Positions 16,825 through 27,400 of a DNA stretch of 57,850 nucleotides are shown here, in pieces. Where the stretch lies: the IMG/VR virus record IMGVR_UViG_3300025655_000041, positions 1 through 57,850 of that record. One strand, given 5' to 3'. Within the stretch, counting starts at the first letter, position 1; every line of letters begins with the position of its first letter. The position numbers were made by a program, and so were the translations under genes. Source of the stretch: a virus. Taxonomy: Duplodnaviria; Caudoviricetes. The notes beneath the pieces were generated by a model that worked only from the letters and a program-made list of their open reading frames with translations, did no database searches and was not told the origin of the DNA.

Positions 16825-19800
16825 TTAGTTATATTGGTAAATTACTTTTGAAATGAGCTTCCAGATTTTACTTTTTAAAGACTCATTTGCTTTATGCCGT
16901 TGTTCTAAATCTGAAATAATTAGCTTCTGAGCTGCAATATCGCTGATAAGACCTTCGTAAGCTTGCATAGAAATTTCACCCCCTTCAGGACGCCATCCAG
17001 CTTTAATAGCTCTATCTAATAGCTTTTGTGCTGGACCTCTTAAGTTTACTTTAGGTACAGCCTTACGCCCTTCTGTTGTTTCGAACTCAGCGGTAAGCTG
17101 GTCTAACCCTTGGCTTAGCATTACTAAATGATCGTGCAATGCTCGATACTCACTCTCATAGTTTACCGCAATTTTCATTCCAGGATTACGTGCAGCTTTA
17201 GCTCGCATACTTGCCATTGCCGCTTTAAGCCCATCGGTTATTGCTTTAGAAATAGAGTAATTCATATTCACTTGTTTGAATTGATTATTTATTTCTCGAT
17301 GGTAAGCCTTAACACTAGTTGCATCGGTAATAATTGCGTCATGTACCGGCATAACAAATGCTGCGCCTTCCTTACGTACTCTTGCCATGTCATTTACTTT
17401 CATAATAGTATTAGCCATTACTGCAGCATCTATTTGTTGGACTGTAAGAACAGGTAATTGATTAGCCACAAGTTGTCCGAATCTAGATCTATCGGCTAAA
17501 CGATACTTGCCTGTTTCAGGATCAAACACTCGCATCCTAGTACGTTTACCCGCGCTACCAGTAGCTCTAGCTTCTGTCATCTCTAAGTTAACAATACCTT
17601 CTTCTGTTTGAATAGGAATAGTTCTTCCTGTTCTAAAGTGTTCATTAGTTCCCATATAAATAGTTGTACCTAACGGACCCACTAACTCAGGAACCACACC
17701 TAGCATTGCCCATAGTTTACCTGCGTTTTTATACAACTGTTGTTGTTGTAGGTTAAGAATAGTAAGGCCTTGTCCAATTACGTTATTAAGATCGCTAATG
17801 CGATCCATTCTAGAGTAGTCAGAAAGGTTTTCATGTCGTGCAATTACTTTAGCAATAATGTCTTTACCTGCGTCATCAATAAACTCCTGTGCGGTTTCCA
17901 TATGGAATCTAGCTGGCATACCGTATGATGTTTCCATCAATGGAACTTTAGATAATGCTTTAACCATATCGCTGCGTTGGTCTGCTGGTAACTCATAAAT
18001 TTCAGTTAATACTTCTGACCAAAAGTTTTGCTTATCGGGGTTATGTGCAAAAGGAATACCTATTTGCTTCATAGCGGTATCTAAGAATTTATCACGAATA
18101 TCTCCTTGTGATAAAATATTTCCTTCGTCGCCAAAAATAACACCAACTCTTTTCATATCATCAGTATCACCATTTTGCAACGCTTGAATTGCAATACCGT
18201 TTTGCTTTCCATCATGTTGAACTTGTGCTTTAAGTTCTAATGAATTTAGTCCTTTAGTTTTTGCATCATGCCAATTAGCAAAGTCAATAAACGCTTGTAG
18301 CTTATAACCCCAATCATCATTCTTCTTAAGGGAGGATTGATGTAGTCTACCTGCATTTGTAGCTTGATTAAATGTATTCATATCCCCAGACTTAACTGCA
18401 GCTCGCAATGCCTGCCCTTGACGTAACCATGTTTGATATACCGGATCATTTGGATTTGACATAATTGATTTAGTAATATCAATTATATTATTCCAACCCA
18501 TGTCTTCTGTACGAAGACCATTAGTTGGGTTGTAGTTATTATCTAAATCTGGGTCTAATAAATTTTTACCAATTATATAAGTCCAATTTTCCATAATCTG
18601 TTTAGTAATTTTATCACCGGACTTTATATTAACTAAAACTTTTTTAGCACTGCCAACAATATTTCTTACTAACTTGTCTGTTTGGTAGTTAAGCACTGTA
18701 TTACGAACAAAGTAACGACCTACAGAGCTAGCGTGCATATATTTATTGTAATATACTTTACCTTGGTTAGCAGTTGCGTCATTCATTGTGCGTATTATCT
18801 TTCGGGCTTGCATACGCATTACTTTATTAGCTTGATCTTGAGCGTCTACTTCTCTTCCTTCACCAAATCTTTTCTTAGCATTAGAATATGCTTCTAACCA
18901 TTTAGCTTCATGTAGACCTAATGTTTTTGCCCACTTATTATTGCTAAAAAACAGGCCGCCTGGAGCTGCATTTATTAACGTAATACGATCTGCTTCCCCC
19001 GGACCAGCAGGTTCTAATTGAATTACTGAAGCGACAATCATTTTAGCATAAGCAAAACGATCGTCATCAACTCGCATAGGTATAGTAGAAAGCCTTAACT
19101 TTACCGCATCTTCAAAAGCAGTATTTTTAGATGTTTTATTTCGTTTAGAAAGAGGCTTAGCTTTTTCGCCTAGCTCTCGTTCACGCCCTGGAAATTGATT
19201 TACTGCAGGTGGCAAGTAAGCAACGTTAACTCGGCGATCCGGCTGGATATCTTCTAAGATGCCTCTGTTTGCTCTAAAGAAAGCTTCCCCTTCTTCAGTT
19301 AGAACTAGTCGTTCATCTTTTAAATCTGTATTAGGATCATTAGCATTCAAATCAATTGCTTGAAATAGATTTTGTTCTGGTGTTGTAAACATATCATAGA
19401 TTAAGACATCTAGTGCTGCCTTAACATCTGGATCTAATGCTGCACCAGCACCGCCATATCCCATTCTAATATTTGGATCACCCATTTCATTTGGATTAGG
19501 GAGAAGTTTATCTGCTAAAGAAGAAGCCATGCGTTCGCGAATAAGTTCAGGGTCAAAAATACCATCGCCTGCAGCTTGTTCGTCTCTCATAGAAGAAACA
19601 TCTAGTGACTCATCAGTCTTGTTAAATACATCTGCTGCAGTTTCTAAGAAAGTAATTGCTAATGCATTTCCTACACGGTCAGTCATACGACCAGAAGTTT
19701 GATCAAATAATTGTGTTGAAGCTAAAAACCCTTGAACCTTGCGAGACACAGGATCGTCTGCCATAAGCATTGGCGAAATTCGTTTACTTAAAGTATCATT

Positions 19801-20367
19801 AATAAACGAACCTCTAGCAATTATATTACCATAAACATCACGACCTTGTTGTGCTTGAGGTATTGTTGAACGCATTTCATCTGCACTCTGTGCAGCATAT
19901 GTTTCTGTTGTAGCACGAGTTGCTCTTTCAGTTTGACTTTTTATTTCTGATTCTATTTGCTTATTAATAAAGGCAGGATCGTTTGAGAAAGGAGTAGTCG
20001 CCATTGGTTGAAGATCAAAGCCTTCTGGCGCTTCTTCCCCTGGAGTTTCATCTAGTGCATCTGCAGTAGTAGCAACAATACTCGGATCAAATGCACCCGC
20101 TTCAATTAATGATTGTGTTAGCGGATCAAATGACTCTTCAGCTTTTACTCTTGCTTCTGCTGTTTCAGAAGTTTCGGTACTGCCTGGAGGTAACGCTTGA
20201 ATACGTGGCTCCTCACCTAAAGGTTGAGCAATATAATCCGGACGGGCTGCTTGATCTTTCTTTGAGAGTAAATCTAATGCCTGTTCGTCTTGCACTATTT
20301 TTCTAAATTCATCTTCTTGTGCTTCTCTTGCAATCTCAGCAGGAGTTTTTTTAAATGTTAGTTTCAT
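16825..20367 (-). CDS. Second, divergent single-subunit RNA polymerase; putative virion-encapsidated RNAP
   Basis: SSVGRYF..LNYQTDK (DxxGR-like), motif A QHDGKQNG, GDIR, motif B LSKVPLMETSYG, PVLTVQQIDA, motif C VHDA, all in canonical order; follows the internal virion genes. Confidence 0.82.
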   Translation of the reverse strand: MKLTFKKTPAEIAREAQEDEFRKIVQDEQALDLLSKKDQAARPDYIAQPLGEEPRIQALPPGSTETSETAEARVKAEESFDPLTQSLIEAGAFDPSIVATTADALDETPGEEAPEGFDLQPMATTPFSNDPAFINKQIESEIKSQTERATRATTETYAAQSADEMRSTIPQAQQGRDVYGNIIARGSFINDTLSKRISPMLMADDPVSRKVQGFLASTQLFDQTSGRMTDRVGNALAITFLETAADVFNKTDESLDVSSMRDEQAAGDGIFDPELIRERMASSLADKLLPNPNEMGDPNIRMGYGGAGAALDPDVKAALDVLIYDMFTTPEQNLFQAIDLNANDPNTDLKDERLVLTEEGEAFFRANRGILEDIQPDRRVNVAYLPPAVNQFPGRERELGEKAKPLSKRNKTSKNTAFEDAVKLRLSTIPMRVDDDRFAYAKMIVASVIQLEPAGPGEADRITLINAAPGGLFFSNNKWAKTLGLHEAKWLEAYSNAKKRFGEGREVDAQDQANKVMRMQARKIIRTMNDATANQGKVYYNKYMHASSVGRYFVRNTVLNYQTDKLVRNIVGSAKKVLVNIKSGDKITKQIMENWTYIIGKNLLDPDLDNNYNPTNGLRTEDMGWNNIIDITKSIMSNPNDPVYQTWLRQGQALRAAVKSGDMNTFNQATNAGRLHQSSLKKNDDWGYKLQAFIDFANWHDAKTKGLNSLELKAQVQHDGKQNGIAIQALQNGDTDDMKRVGVIFGDEGNILSQGDIRDKFLDTAMKQIGIPFAHNPDKQNFWSEVLTEIYELPADQRSDMVKALSKVPLMETSYGMPARFHMETAQEFIDDAGKDIIAKVIARHENLSDYSRMDRISDLNNVIGQGLTILNLQQQQLYKNAGKLWAMLGVVPELVGPLGTTIYMGTNEHFRTGRTIPIQTEEGIVNLEMTEARATGSAGKRTRMRVFDPETGKYRLADRSRFGQLVANQLPVLTVQQIDAAVMANTIMKVNDMARVRKEGAAFVMPVHDAIITDATSVKAYHREINNQFKQVNMNYSISKAITDGLKAAMASMRAKAARNPGMKIAVNYESEYRALHDHLVMLSQGLDQLTAEFETTEGRKAVPKVNLRGPAQKLLDRAIKAGWRPEGGEISMQAYEGLISDIAAQKLIISDLEQRHKANESLKSKIWKLISKVIYQYN

Positions 20368-20414
20368 ACTAATCTCCTAGTATGGACGGTACCTTTGGAG
20401 TACCGCCCGTAGGT

Positions 20415-23400
20415 TTATTTTAAAAGAATATCTCTTACTTCATTAGCCGTTGGTATATCAATATCAGGAAATGGGTTTTGCCCTGTTACACCTTTACCAA
20501 TTGAATGTCTTAGTCCTGTAAATGGTGCAATATAAGGAGCAGCACCAGCTAGTTTAGCTACTCCACGTTCACCTTCACCACTAAGCAAATCACCTGTTGC
20601 TTCAAATACTCTTTGAATATTTCTAGCAGAAGGCCCACTCTCGCCAAACAATATACTAAAGCTATTATCGCCACGAGTAGGATATAGCGGTTTAGCTGCG
20701 TCTAATACTTTTTCGTATTGACCTAGTACACCTGAAGAATACAATGCTCTTTGAGCATAGCCCATTTCATCTAAATAAGGGCTAGCTTGACCAAACTTAA
20801 TAATATCTTTTAAGTGTTGCGAGGCAGCGCCTAACGCTATCATTGTAACAATCATTGCAAAGGTATCGTACTTTACTTGAGGAGTACCTTTTCTTAGTTG
20901 TTTATTCCAAAGCTTAGGCACAATGTTTGCGGTAAAAGTACTAATAAATCCATTGAATTGAGTGAAGAGTTGATAGTGCGGATCCTGAAAAAACAAGGGT
21001 CTGTTAGCAGCCCCCGGTAATTGAACTCGTTCTTTAACAAAACGGTATACTGCTAGATCCATAATATCATTTAACTTGTCTTCTAGCTTAGCTGCAGCTT
21101 CAACAACACTTGCGTCACGCGGTACTGCATTATTTGATTGCATATTACGGATAGCTTTTCTTAAAGCCTTAACTCTTTTGCTAGGCGACTTAATATACAA
21201 TGCATCTGTTTTATCTACTGATGAGTCTGTCTTATCTAAAACATTAAAGACTTCATCACGGTAAACTTGATCTAAGTCAGATAACAATTCCATCATTTCA
21301 TCTGGATTGATACCTAAATCGAGAAGTTGATTATAAGTTCTTATTTCAATCTCTGACATTTTATCAAAGTCGAATCCACCTGTTTCAATACGGAAGCCAG
21401 ATGCTTTACCGGCAATAGTAATTGGTACTCTTATTTTCTTCCGTGGAGCTAAGTCTAATATATCAAATCCAGACTTAACAAAATCAACTGCTAATCCTGC
21501 TGCCATTCTTCGTTGTATTTGAGTTACCTTCGTAAGACCAATACCTTTAAAGAATGACTCATGTAATCGCATAAATGCGACATCACGCTCACCTGTTGCT
21601 AAACGATCTACCACTGAGCTGGTGTCAGCACTCTGGCCTACTTCCTTAAGCAGCTTTTCGGTTTTAGCAACTTCAGCAGCTAAGGCTTTATCGAACGCTT
21701 GCATTACCTGATTAGTTAGTTGTTTAGTTGCAGCTTTAAACTCAGCATCAGTCTTTAAGTTAAAAAATAACAACGCAGTTTCTGGTATAGAAGATAAAGC
21801 TGCTAGTGGGAGGCCAGCAAGCAATGACCAACTTGTTAAGAAAGAATTAATTGCTGCTGCTTTTTTGCTTTCAATACGATTAAAGTTACCATGAGTACTA
21901 TCGATAATTGAAGTCATATAGTAGGCAAATTTATCTATTTCTGCTTTACTTAAATCAGAGCCAGGTAGTGATTGTTCTTCCACTAATTGCTGAAACATCT
22001 TGTTTAACTTGCGACCGCCATGACCAAAGTAGTCTGTTACTGAAGAATACTTAGCAGCATCCATTCTGTTACGATGTAATGTTTCAAACATATTATCGCT
22101 AGACCAGTCACTAAAATTTGGTTTTTCAGTTATCTTAAAAAAGGCACGTTTCACTGAATTAGGTAAATAAGTAACGCCATTAATTAGTGATGCGTTAGTA
22201 TTAACTGTACCCTGTCCTTGACGAACAATACTTTCGTATAGCTCTTGTCTATCGTCTTCAGTTAATTGAGAACCAAGGTTAGTTTTAAGCCATTTCATAA
22301 AGCCTTCTTTATTTGCTTTAACTTTTTTCCAATCAAAACCTTGATGTTGCCACCAATAATCAGGATTATAACCTATCGTATCACCAGTCTCTCTTGTATA
22401 AGATCCACTAATTTTTTCATGTGCTTTATCATAAGAGTTTTTAACTTGTTTAGCTGCAATATAAAGCTTTTTCATTTCAACTTCTTGATCAACAGTTAAG
22501 TTAAGCTCGATCAATCCTGCGTTATTAATATTTGCTTTTGCAACATCTCTATAACGTTTGATTTGAGCAGGCTCAGTTAAACCTAATCCTGCCAACGCTT
22601 GTTTTGCAGCGGCGCGTTGTTGTGGCGTAGAGCGAACATCATAATAGATATTAACAAGCGGGTAAGCACCTAAACGGCTTAACGTATATGCTTCATACAA
22701 ATCAAATTGTCCAGATCTACCAAACTCTCTTAGCTTACGGCTAATGGCTTCTACATTTTTAGTTTTAAGCTTACCGAACCCTAATAACTTACCAATTCCA
22801 GGCTCATCAACTAACGCAGTCATTTCTCCCATTGTTAAGTCATGCGCCTCTTTAAAGTTTGCACCTGAGTGATATCTACCTGTAGTATCTGCACCAATTA
22901 ACGCAAAGATTTTCATAGCCATTGGACTCAGCACAAGCTTTTCCATATTGATAGCTGCTTTTTCAGAGGCTAAAACTAGTTTAGCTGCACCCTGTATAGC
23001 TGCATCTACAAAATCTTTAGGATCTTTAATGTTTCGAAGGGTATTCATTAATCCTTGTTGATCTACAATATAAGAATCGTGTGCTTGACGACGAGCTTCA
23101 GTCCCGTTATCCCGTAAACCTTCTGCTTCCTCAATAATGTTTTCAACATCTGGAATTATAACTCCGTTATTTGCATCTTCAATTCTTTTATTTTCAATAA
23201 CATTGTTTCGATCGGCACTATAAAGCCCACGATCTAACGCCATAAGCTTATTCTTACCTTGTTGATGGATATTGTTTGCCATTGATAGCGCACCACCAAC
23301 AGAACCCCCTGCTAATGCTGCGTTGATTGCTCGATCTAAGAGTTCTTCTTGAGTGTAAGTGGTTTCAGATACACTAGCAGCAACTGCTGTTTGAATAATA

Positions 23401-24713
23401 TCTTGTGCTACTTCGGTACTTGCTTCAGTTCCCATTCCTGTCAAGCCACGCCGCGCAATTTCACCTACACTAAATTTAGCAATGTCTTTAGGATTAAGTC
23501 GAAGAGCAAGTTCTTTAGTATATTTACCCACTTCTTGGCGGGTTACATTAAGTAGTTTATTTCTAGCTTGGTCAATTCCAATACCTTGTTTTTGAGAGAT
23601 ACTACGAGCTACTTTTTCAAAGCCTTGTTTACTGAGGACTTGTCCTGGCTTTACTAATCGTTCCAAACCAAAGCGTTCAAGTGCCGACATACCTACACCT
23701 GCCATTGAAGCAGCTATAAACTGTGTAACACCCTTTTCGCCTTCCATCTCATTCCAAGTTTGTCCAGCCATAGTCATAGCTAACGGTGTTGTAGATGCAG
23801 CTAATGCACCGCCTGCCCCAATAACGGGTGTAAAAGGCGCGGCAACTGCCATTGACCCAAAGGCTAACATGATCTGGGGAACCATCATTGCTGTGTTGTT
23901 AAGTACATATTGAAATCCAGTAGACACACTGTCAATATCTTTATAATCTAATACAACTTCAGGCGCATCCATCATCCGCTGCTTGGCACGTGAAACTCCT
24001 GCCTCACCGAAGCGTTCTAGTGATTCAATACCAAAGGTTTCACCGATTGCATCTGCATAACCAAACAACCCTTCTTTAAGCCCTTCAATACCTTGATCAA
24101 AGCTTACCCCCATAGAACCTATAAAACCAATTGCTTTGTTATCAATTGTTCTATCTGGATTACGGAATTGTACTCCTGTATGCAGATCAGGATCATAATA
24201 CCTTTCGTTTAAGGCAAGTGTTTTAAACTCTTTACCAAGCCGATCTACATAATCGTTATATTCATTTCCAATTTCTCTAAATGGAATTTTATCATCACCG
24301 TATATTGCTGCAATTAAATCAGCTTCTTGTTTAGCGATAATACCACGTTCAGGGGTGAATTCATTTATTTCTGCAATACCAGCGGCGTAAAGAGTTTCCA
24401 TGAGGTCTTGACCTTCTGGATTTGTACTTGTAATAAGTTCTCTTTCGCCTTCACTAGTATCGTAATTACCACTGTAATCAATGTTAGTAAAATTACCTTC
24501 ATTAATTACAGTAGCAATTGCTTCTTTTTGTTTGTTACCACCCTTCTCGCCAGGCTTATAGACAAATTTACCATCTTCTTCAACAACCTTTTCGGTTTCC
24601 CGACCATCAAAGCCTGAATACCTGTACCGTTTTCCTGACCGATCGGTAAGGGTATCCGGATCAATTAACAGTTTAGAGTTACCATCGCTGTCAATAAAAG
24701 AATTATCTGCCAT
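20415..24713 (-). CDS. Large internal virion / ejection protein (1432 aa)
   Basis: Size, position after the tail genes, Gly/Ala-rich hydrophobic segments. Confidence 0.65.
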   Translation of the reverse strand: MADNSFIDSDGNSKLLIDPDTLTDRSGKRYRYSGFDGRETEKVVEEDGKFVYKPGEKGGNKQKEAIATVINEGNFTNIDYSGNYDTSEGERELITSTNPEGQDLMETLYAAGIAEINEFTPERGIIAKQEADLIAAIYGDDKIPFREIGNEYNDYVDRLGKEFKTLALNERYYDPDLHTGVQFRNPDRTIDNKAIGFIGSMGVSFDQGIEGLKEGLFGYADAIGETFGIESLERFGEAGVSRAKQRMMDAPEVVLDYKDIDSVSTGFQYVLNNTAMMVPQIMLAFGSMAVAAPFTPVIGAGGALAASTTPLAMTMAGQTWNEMEGEKGVTQFIAASMAGVGMSALERFGLERLVKPGQVLSKQGFEKVARSISQKQGIGIDQARNKLLNVTRQEVGKYTKELALRLNPKDIAKFSVGEIARRGLTGMGTEASTEVAQDIIQTAVAASVSETTYTQEELLDRAINAALAGGSVGGALSMANNIHQQGKNKLMALDRGLYSADRNNVIENKRIEDANNGVIIPDVENIIEEAEGLRDNGTEARRQAHDSYIVDQQGLMNTLRNIKDPKDFVDAAIQGAAKLVLASEKAAINMEKLVLSPMAMKIFALIGADTTGRYHSGANFKEAHDLTMGEMTALVDEPGIGKLLGFGKLKTKNVEAISRKLREFGRSGQFDLYEAYTLSRLGAYPLVNIYYDVRSTPQQRAAAKQALAGLGLTEPAQIKRYRDVAKANINNAGLIELNLTVDQEVEMKKLYIAAKQVKNSYDKAHEKISGSYTRETGDTIGYNPDYWWQHQGFDWKKVKANKEGFMKWLKTNLGSQLTEDDRQELYESIVRQGQGTVNTNASLINGVTYLPNSVKRAFFKITEKPNFSDWSSDNMFETLHRNRMDAAKYSSVTDYFGHGGRKLNKMFQQLVEEQSLPGSDLSKAEIDKFAYYMTSIIDSTHGNFNRIESKKAAAINSFLTSWSLLAGLPLAALSSIPETALLFFNLKTDAEFKAATKQLTNQVMQAFDKALAAEVAKTEKLLKEVGQSADTSSVVDRLATGERDVAFMRLHESFFKGIGLTKVTQIQRRMAAGLAVDFVKSGFDILDLAPRKKIRVPITIAGKASGFRIETGGFDFDKMSEIEIRTYNQLLDLGINPDEMMELLSDLDQVYRDEVFNVLDKTDSSVDKTDALYIKSPSKRVKALRKAIRNMQSNNAVPRDASVVEAAAKLEDKLNDIMDLAVYRFVKERVQLPGAANRPLFFQDPHYQLFTQFNGFISTFTANIVPKLWNKQLRKGTPQVKYDTFAMIVTMIALGAASQHLKDIIKFGQASPYLDEMGYAQRALYSSGVLGQYEKVLDAAKPLYPTRGDNSFSILFGESGPSARNIQRVFEATGDLLSGEGERGVAKLAGAAPYIAPFTGLRHSIGKGVTGQNPFPDIDIPTANEVRDILLK

Positions 24714-24724
24714 TATTAGCTCCT

Positions 24725-27391
24725 TTATTTTTTGTTAAGAAGGGCCATTGCCTCTGCATGATGATCACCTTTTTGACGACCTTGTAGTCCATCCGCAAGT
24801 AATTGTGAAACCCAATAAGTGTAGTCGTTATGTTCTGAATCATCAGAAGGTTTCATGCCAATAAACTTAGTTCCTTTACTATGAGCATCCCACTGTTTAG
24901 ATGCTCTTTTCCAAAAGCCTTTATAGACCTTTGCTGCATCATCAGGGTTTCTAGTTTTCTTGCCAGCAAAATCTAGTACTTGATCATTCAACTCTAATAC
25001 TTTAGCAATGTCTGCACCCTTAAGATCATTAGCACTAACGGCACCTTCAGTATTAACAACCATTGCTCTCTTATTATAAAAAGAAAGAACACTATTTGGT
25101 TGTTTACCGCCAGTTGCATTTGCCTTTTTAACTGCATTCCAGTAATCATCTTGCGCACGAAGTGCTTCTGCACGAAGTTTTGCTTTAGCCTCTGGTCTAC
25201 CCTTAGCAAATGTTTTTACATCGCTTAGATAACGATTAGATAGCTCAGTAGCCTCGATTGCACCTTCAGTATCAATTCGTTTTCCATTTTGGTCTACAGC
25301 AGCATTGATATTACTAATTTTATCTTTAGCTCGCTTGGCAAAGTAGTCTTCAACTTCTTGAGCATTATCATACTTAGGATTATGCTTTTGAATTTGACCT
25401 TTCATTAAAGGAGAATCGAAAGAATAATACTGACCATTGTATTCAATGGCATACTTATCTTTTCCTACTTTAACTGTTTGGAGAGTACCAAGTGTATCAT
25501 GCTCGATTAAATCACCAAAGCCTTGAACCGTTGTTCCTGTTTTCCTTTCAATAAGATCATCACGATTACCAGTTTTAAGATATTTATCAAGTGATTCTTT
25601 GGTATACAGCTCCATAAAGTCTTTATCACGAACATCTTTTTGGCGCTGTTCAATAGCGCTGTCATATCGCTTAACAAACTGTTTAGCTGAATAACCTAAT
25701 GATGCATTATGATCATAACCTAAAGCTCTTGATCCCGCATACATAATTGCCATACGCGAAATTTCTTCTGGAGTAAACATGTCACTAAATATATCTTTAA
25801 ATCCAGTTATAATAGATTGCATAAAGCTAGGTTCTACCTTCTCACCTTTTTCTTCAATTTCTTTAGCCTTGGCTGCAGGAACTTTTTTATTATCAGGAAT
25901 ATTTTTAAGTAGATCATCAGCAAGAGTGTTTAACGCTGTAGCCTTCGAATCTGCTGGCTTTGGAGGCGCTTTATTTTCTTCAGGCACATAGCTTTGTGCT
26001 TCAGCAACAGCTTTTTCGTCGGCTACTTTAGTTGCAGCTCGATCACTTAACTCTTTTGCTTGAGTAGCTTTAGAGTCTGCTAATTTCTTAACGGCATCTT
26101 TATGCATTTGAACAAGTTCAGGAGTAACTGTTTCGTTATTAGCTTTCTTTTGATTAATAAGATTAGCTAACCTTGCTTCATTTTCAGTATCATTTTTAAC
26201 AATAGCTGCATTAACATTAGTCATTCCAGGATCTTCAGGAAGTACATCAAAAATATTAGGAACAGGAACACCAGGGGCATCTGCATCTACTGGTAAACCT
26301 GCAAATTCTAAGGGATACATTGCAAAACGCTTTGCTTGATCTGCAATACTAGAGAGGTCCGTAGGTTTTGCAGTTGTTGCTTCAGTTGCAAGCCTCTCAC
26401 CTAATGGCGTTGGCGGGACAGCTGCGATTTCAGGGACTTCTCTTGATACCATCTTAGCTTGATTATCATCAAGATAAACTTCACCTTCTGGTGTCATAAC
26501 GAATTCACCCAAGTCATCTGAGTAAACCTTTTGATCTCCAAGGGTGCCTATTACTGTTCCTGGTACTGTACTAACCTGTCTACGAGTAACACCAAACTTA
26601 TCTGGACCAGACATATTATCCATTATTTTACCAGCATAAGCTTGTCCACGTGGTCCAAGCGCTTCTGTTCCAGCCTTAGCTTTGCGAACATTACCTGCAC
26701 CAGAGTGATAAGCAGTAAGTACTTCTTCAGGAGTAAAGTCAGGATTAGCGCTAGCAATACCTGTTAAATAATTCCTAGCAAATTCTCTAGACTTAACAGG
26801 ATCACGGATATCTTCTACTGCAAGCGGAGGAACATTCATTCCAGGTTGTTGAGCTGTTGCTGGCATAATCTGATAAAGACCTTGCGCTCCTACCTCAGAA
26901 GTAGCCATAGGATCACCTGAAGATTCAACCATTTTAAGGCTGTCAAGTACTTCATCGGTTAACCAAGAAGGAACCTTACTACCTACAGCAGCATACATAG
27001 GCCCACCGTCTCTATCACCAAGCCGTTGACCAAGACTATTTAGCATCCCATCATAACGAGGTACTTCCATTCCACCAGCAGCATAAGTAGGAATAGGTCC
27101 ACCTTGTGCTTTTTGTATCATGCGACCTTGCTCATTCATTTCATCAATTTTTTCTTGATTACCAGGAAGACGAGATGCTTCAGCATTAACAACATTCTCT
27201 CCAGGGGTTAACCACGCAGGGACTGTATCAGTGCCCTTAGGCTCTCCAGGGTGTGTGCTAGAGTCTGCACCGTTATAACCGTCTACTTTAGGGATAATCA
27301 TCATCATAGGTACAGTAAGGTCTGGTTCGAAGAATTCGAAAGATGTCATGTTTCCATAACGGTCTTTCTGTGAAAAACTTTTTAGTTTCAT
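24725..27391 (-). CDS. Internal virion protein with lytic transglycosylase (SLT) domain
   Basis: VESSG...GAQGLYQIMPATA...AYHSG; N-terminal GTDTVPAWLTPGENVV motif. Confidence 0.85.
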   Translation of the reverse strand: MKLKSFSQKDRYGNMTSFEFFEPDLTVPMMMIIPKVDGYNGADSSTHPGEPKGTDTVPAWLTPGENVVNAEASRLPGNQEKIDEMNEQGRMIQKAQGGPIPTYAAGGMEVPRYDGMLNSLGQRLGDRDGGPMYAAVGSKVPSWLTDEVLDSLKMVESSGDPMATSEVGAQGLYQIMPATAQQPGMNVPPLAVEDIRDPVKSREFARNYLTGIASANPDFTPEEVLTAYHSGAGNVRKAKAGTEALGPRGQAYAGKIMDNMSGPDKFGVTRRQVSTVPGTVIGTLGDQKVYSDDLGEFVMTPEGEVYLDDNQAKMVSREVPEIAAVPPTPLGERLATEATTAKPTDLSSIADQAKRFAMYPLEFAGLPVDADAPGVPVPNIFDVLPEDPGMTNVNAAIVKNDTENEARLANLINQKKANNETVTPELVQMHKDAVKKLADSKATQAKELSDRAATKVADEKAVAEAQSYVPEENKAPPKPADSKATALNTLADDLLKNIPDNKKVPAAKAKEIEEKGEKVEPSFMQSIITGFKDIFSDMFTPEEISRMAIMYAGSRALGYDHNASLGYSAKQFVKRYDSAIEQRQKDVRDKDFMELYTKESLDKYLKTGNRDDLIERKTGTTVQGFGDLIEHDTLGTLQTVKVGKDKYAIEYNGQYYSFDSPLMKGQIQKHNPKYDNAQEVEDYFAKRAKDKISNINAAVDQNGKRIDTEGAIEATELSNRYLSDVKTFAKGRPEAKAKLRAEALRAQDDYWNAVKKANATGGKQPNSVLSFYNKRAMVVNTEGAVSANDLKGADIAKVLELNDQVLDFAGKKTRNPDDAAKVYKGFWKRASKQWDAHSKGTKFIGMKPSDDSEHNDYTYWVSQLLADGLQGRQKGDHHAEAMALLNKK

Positions 27392-27400
27392 TCTATTCTC

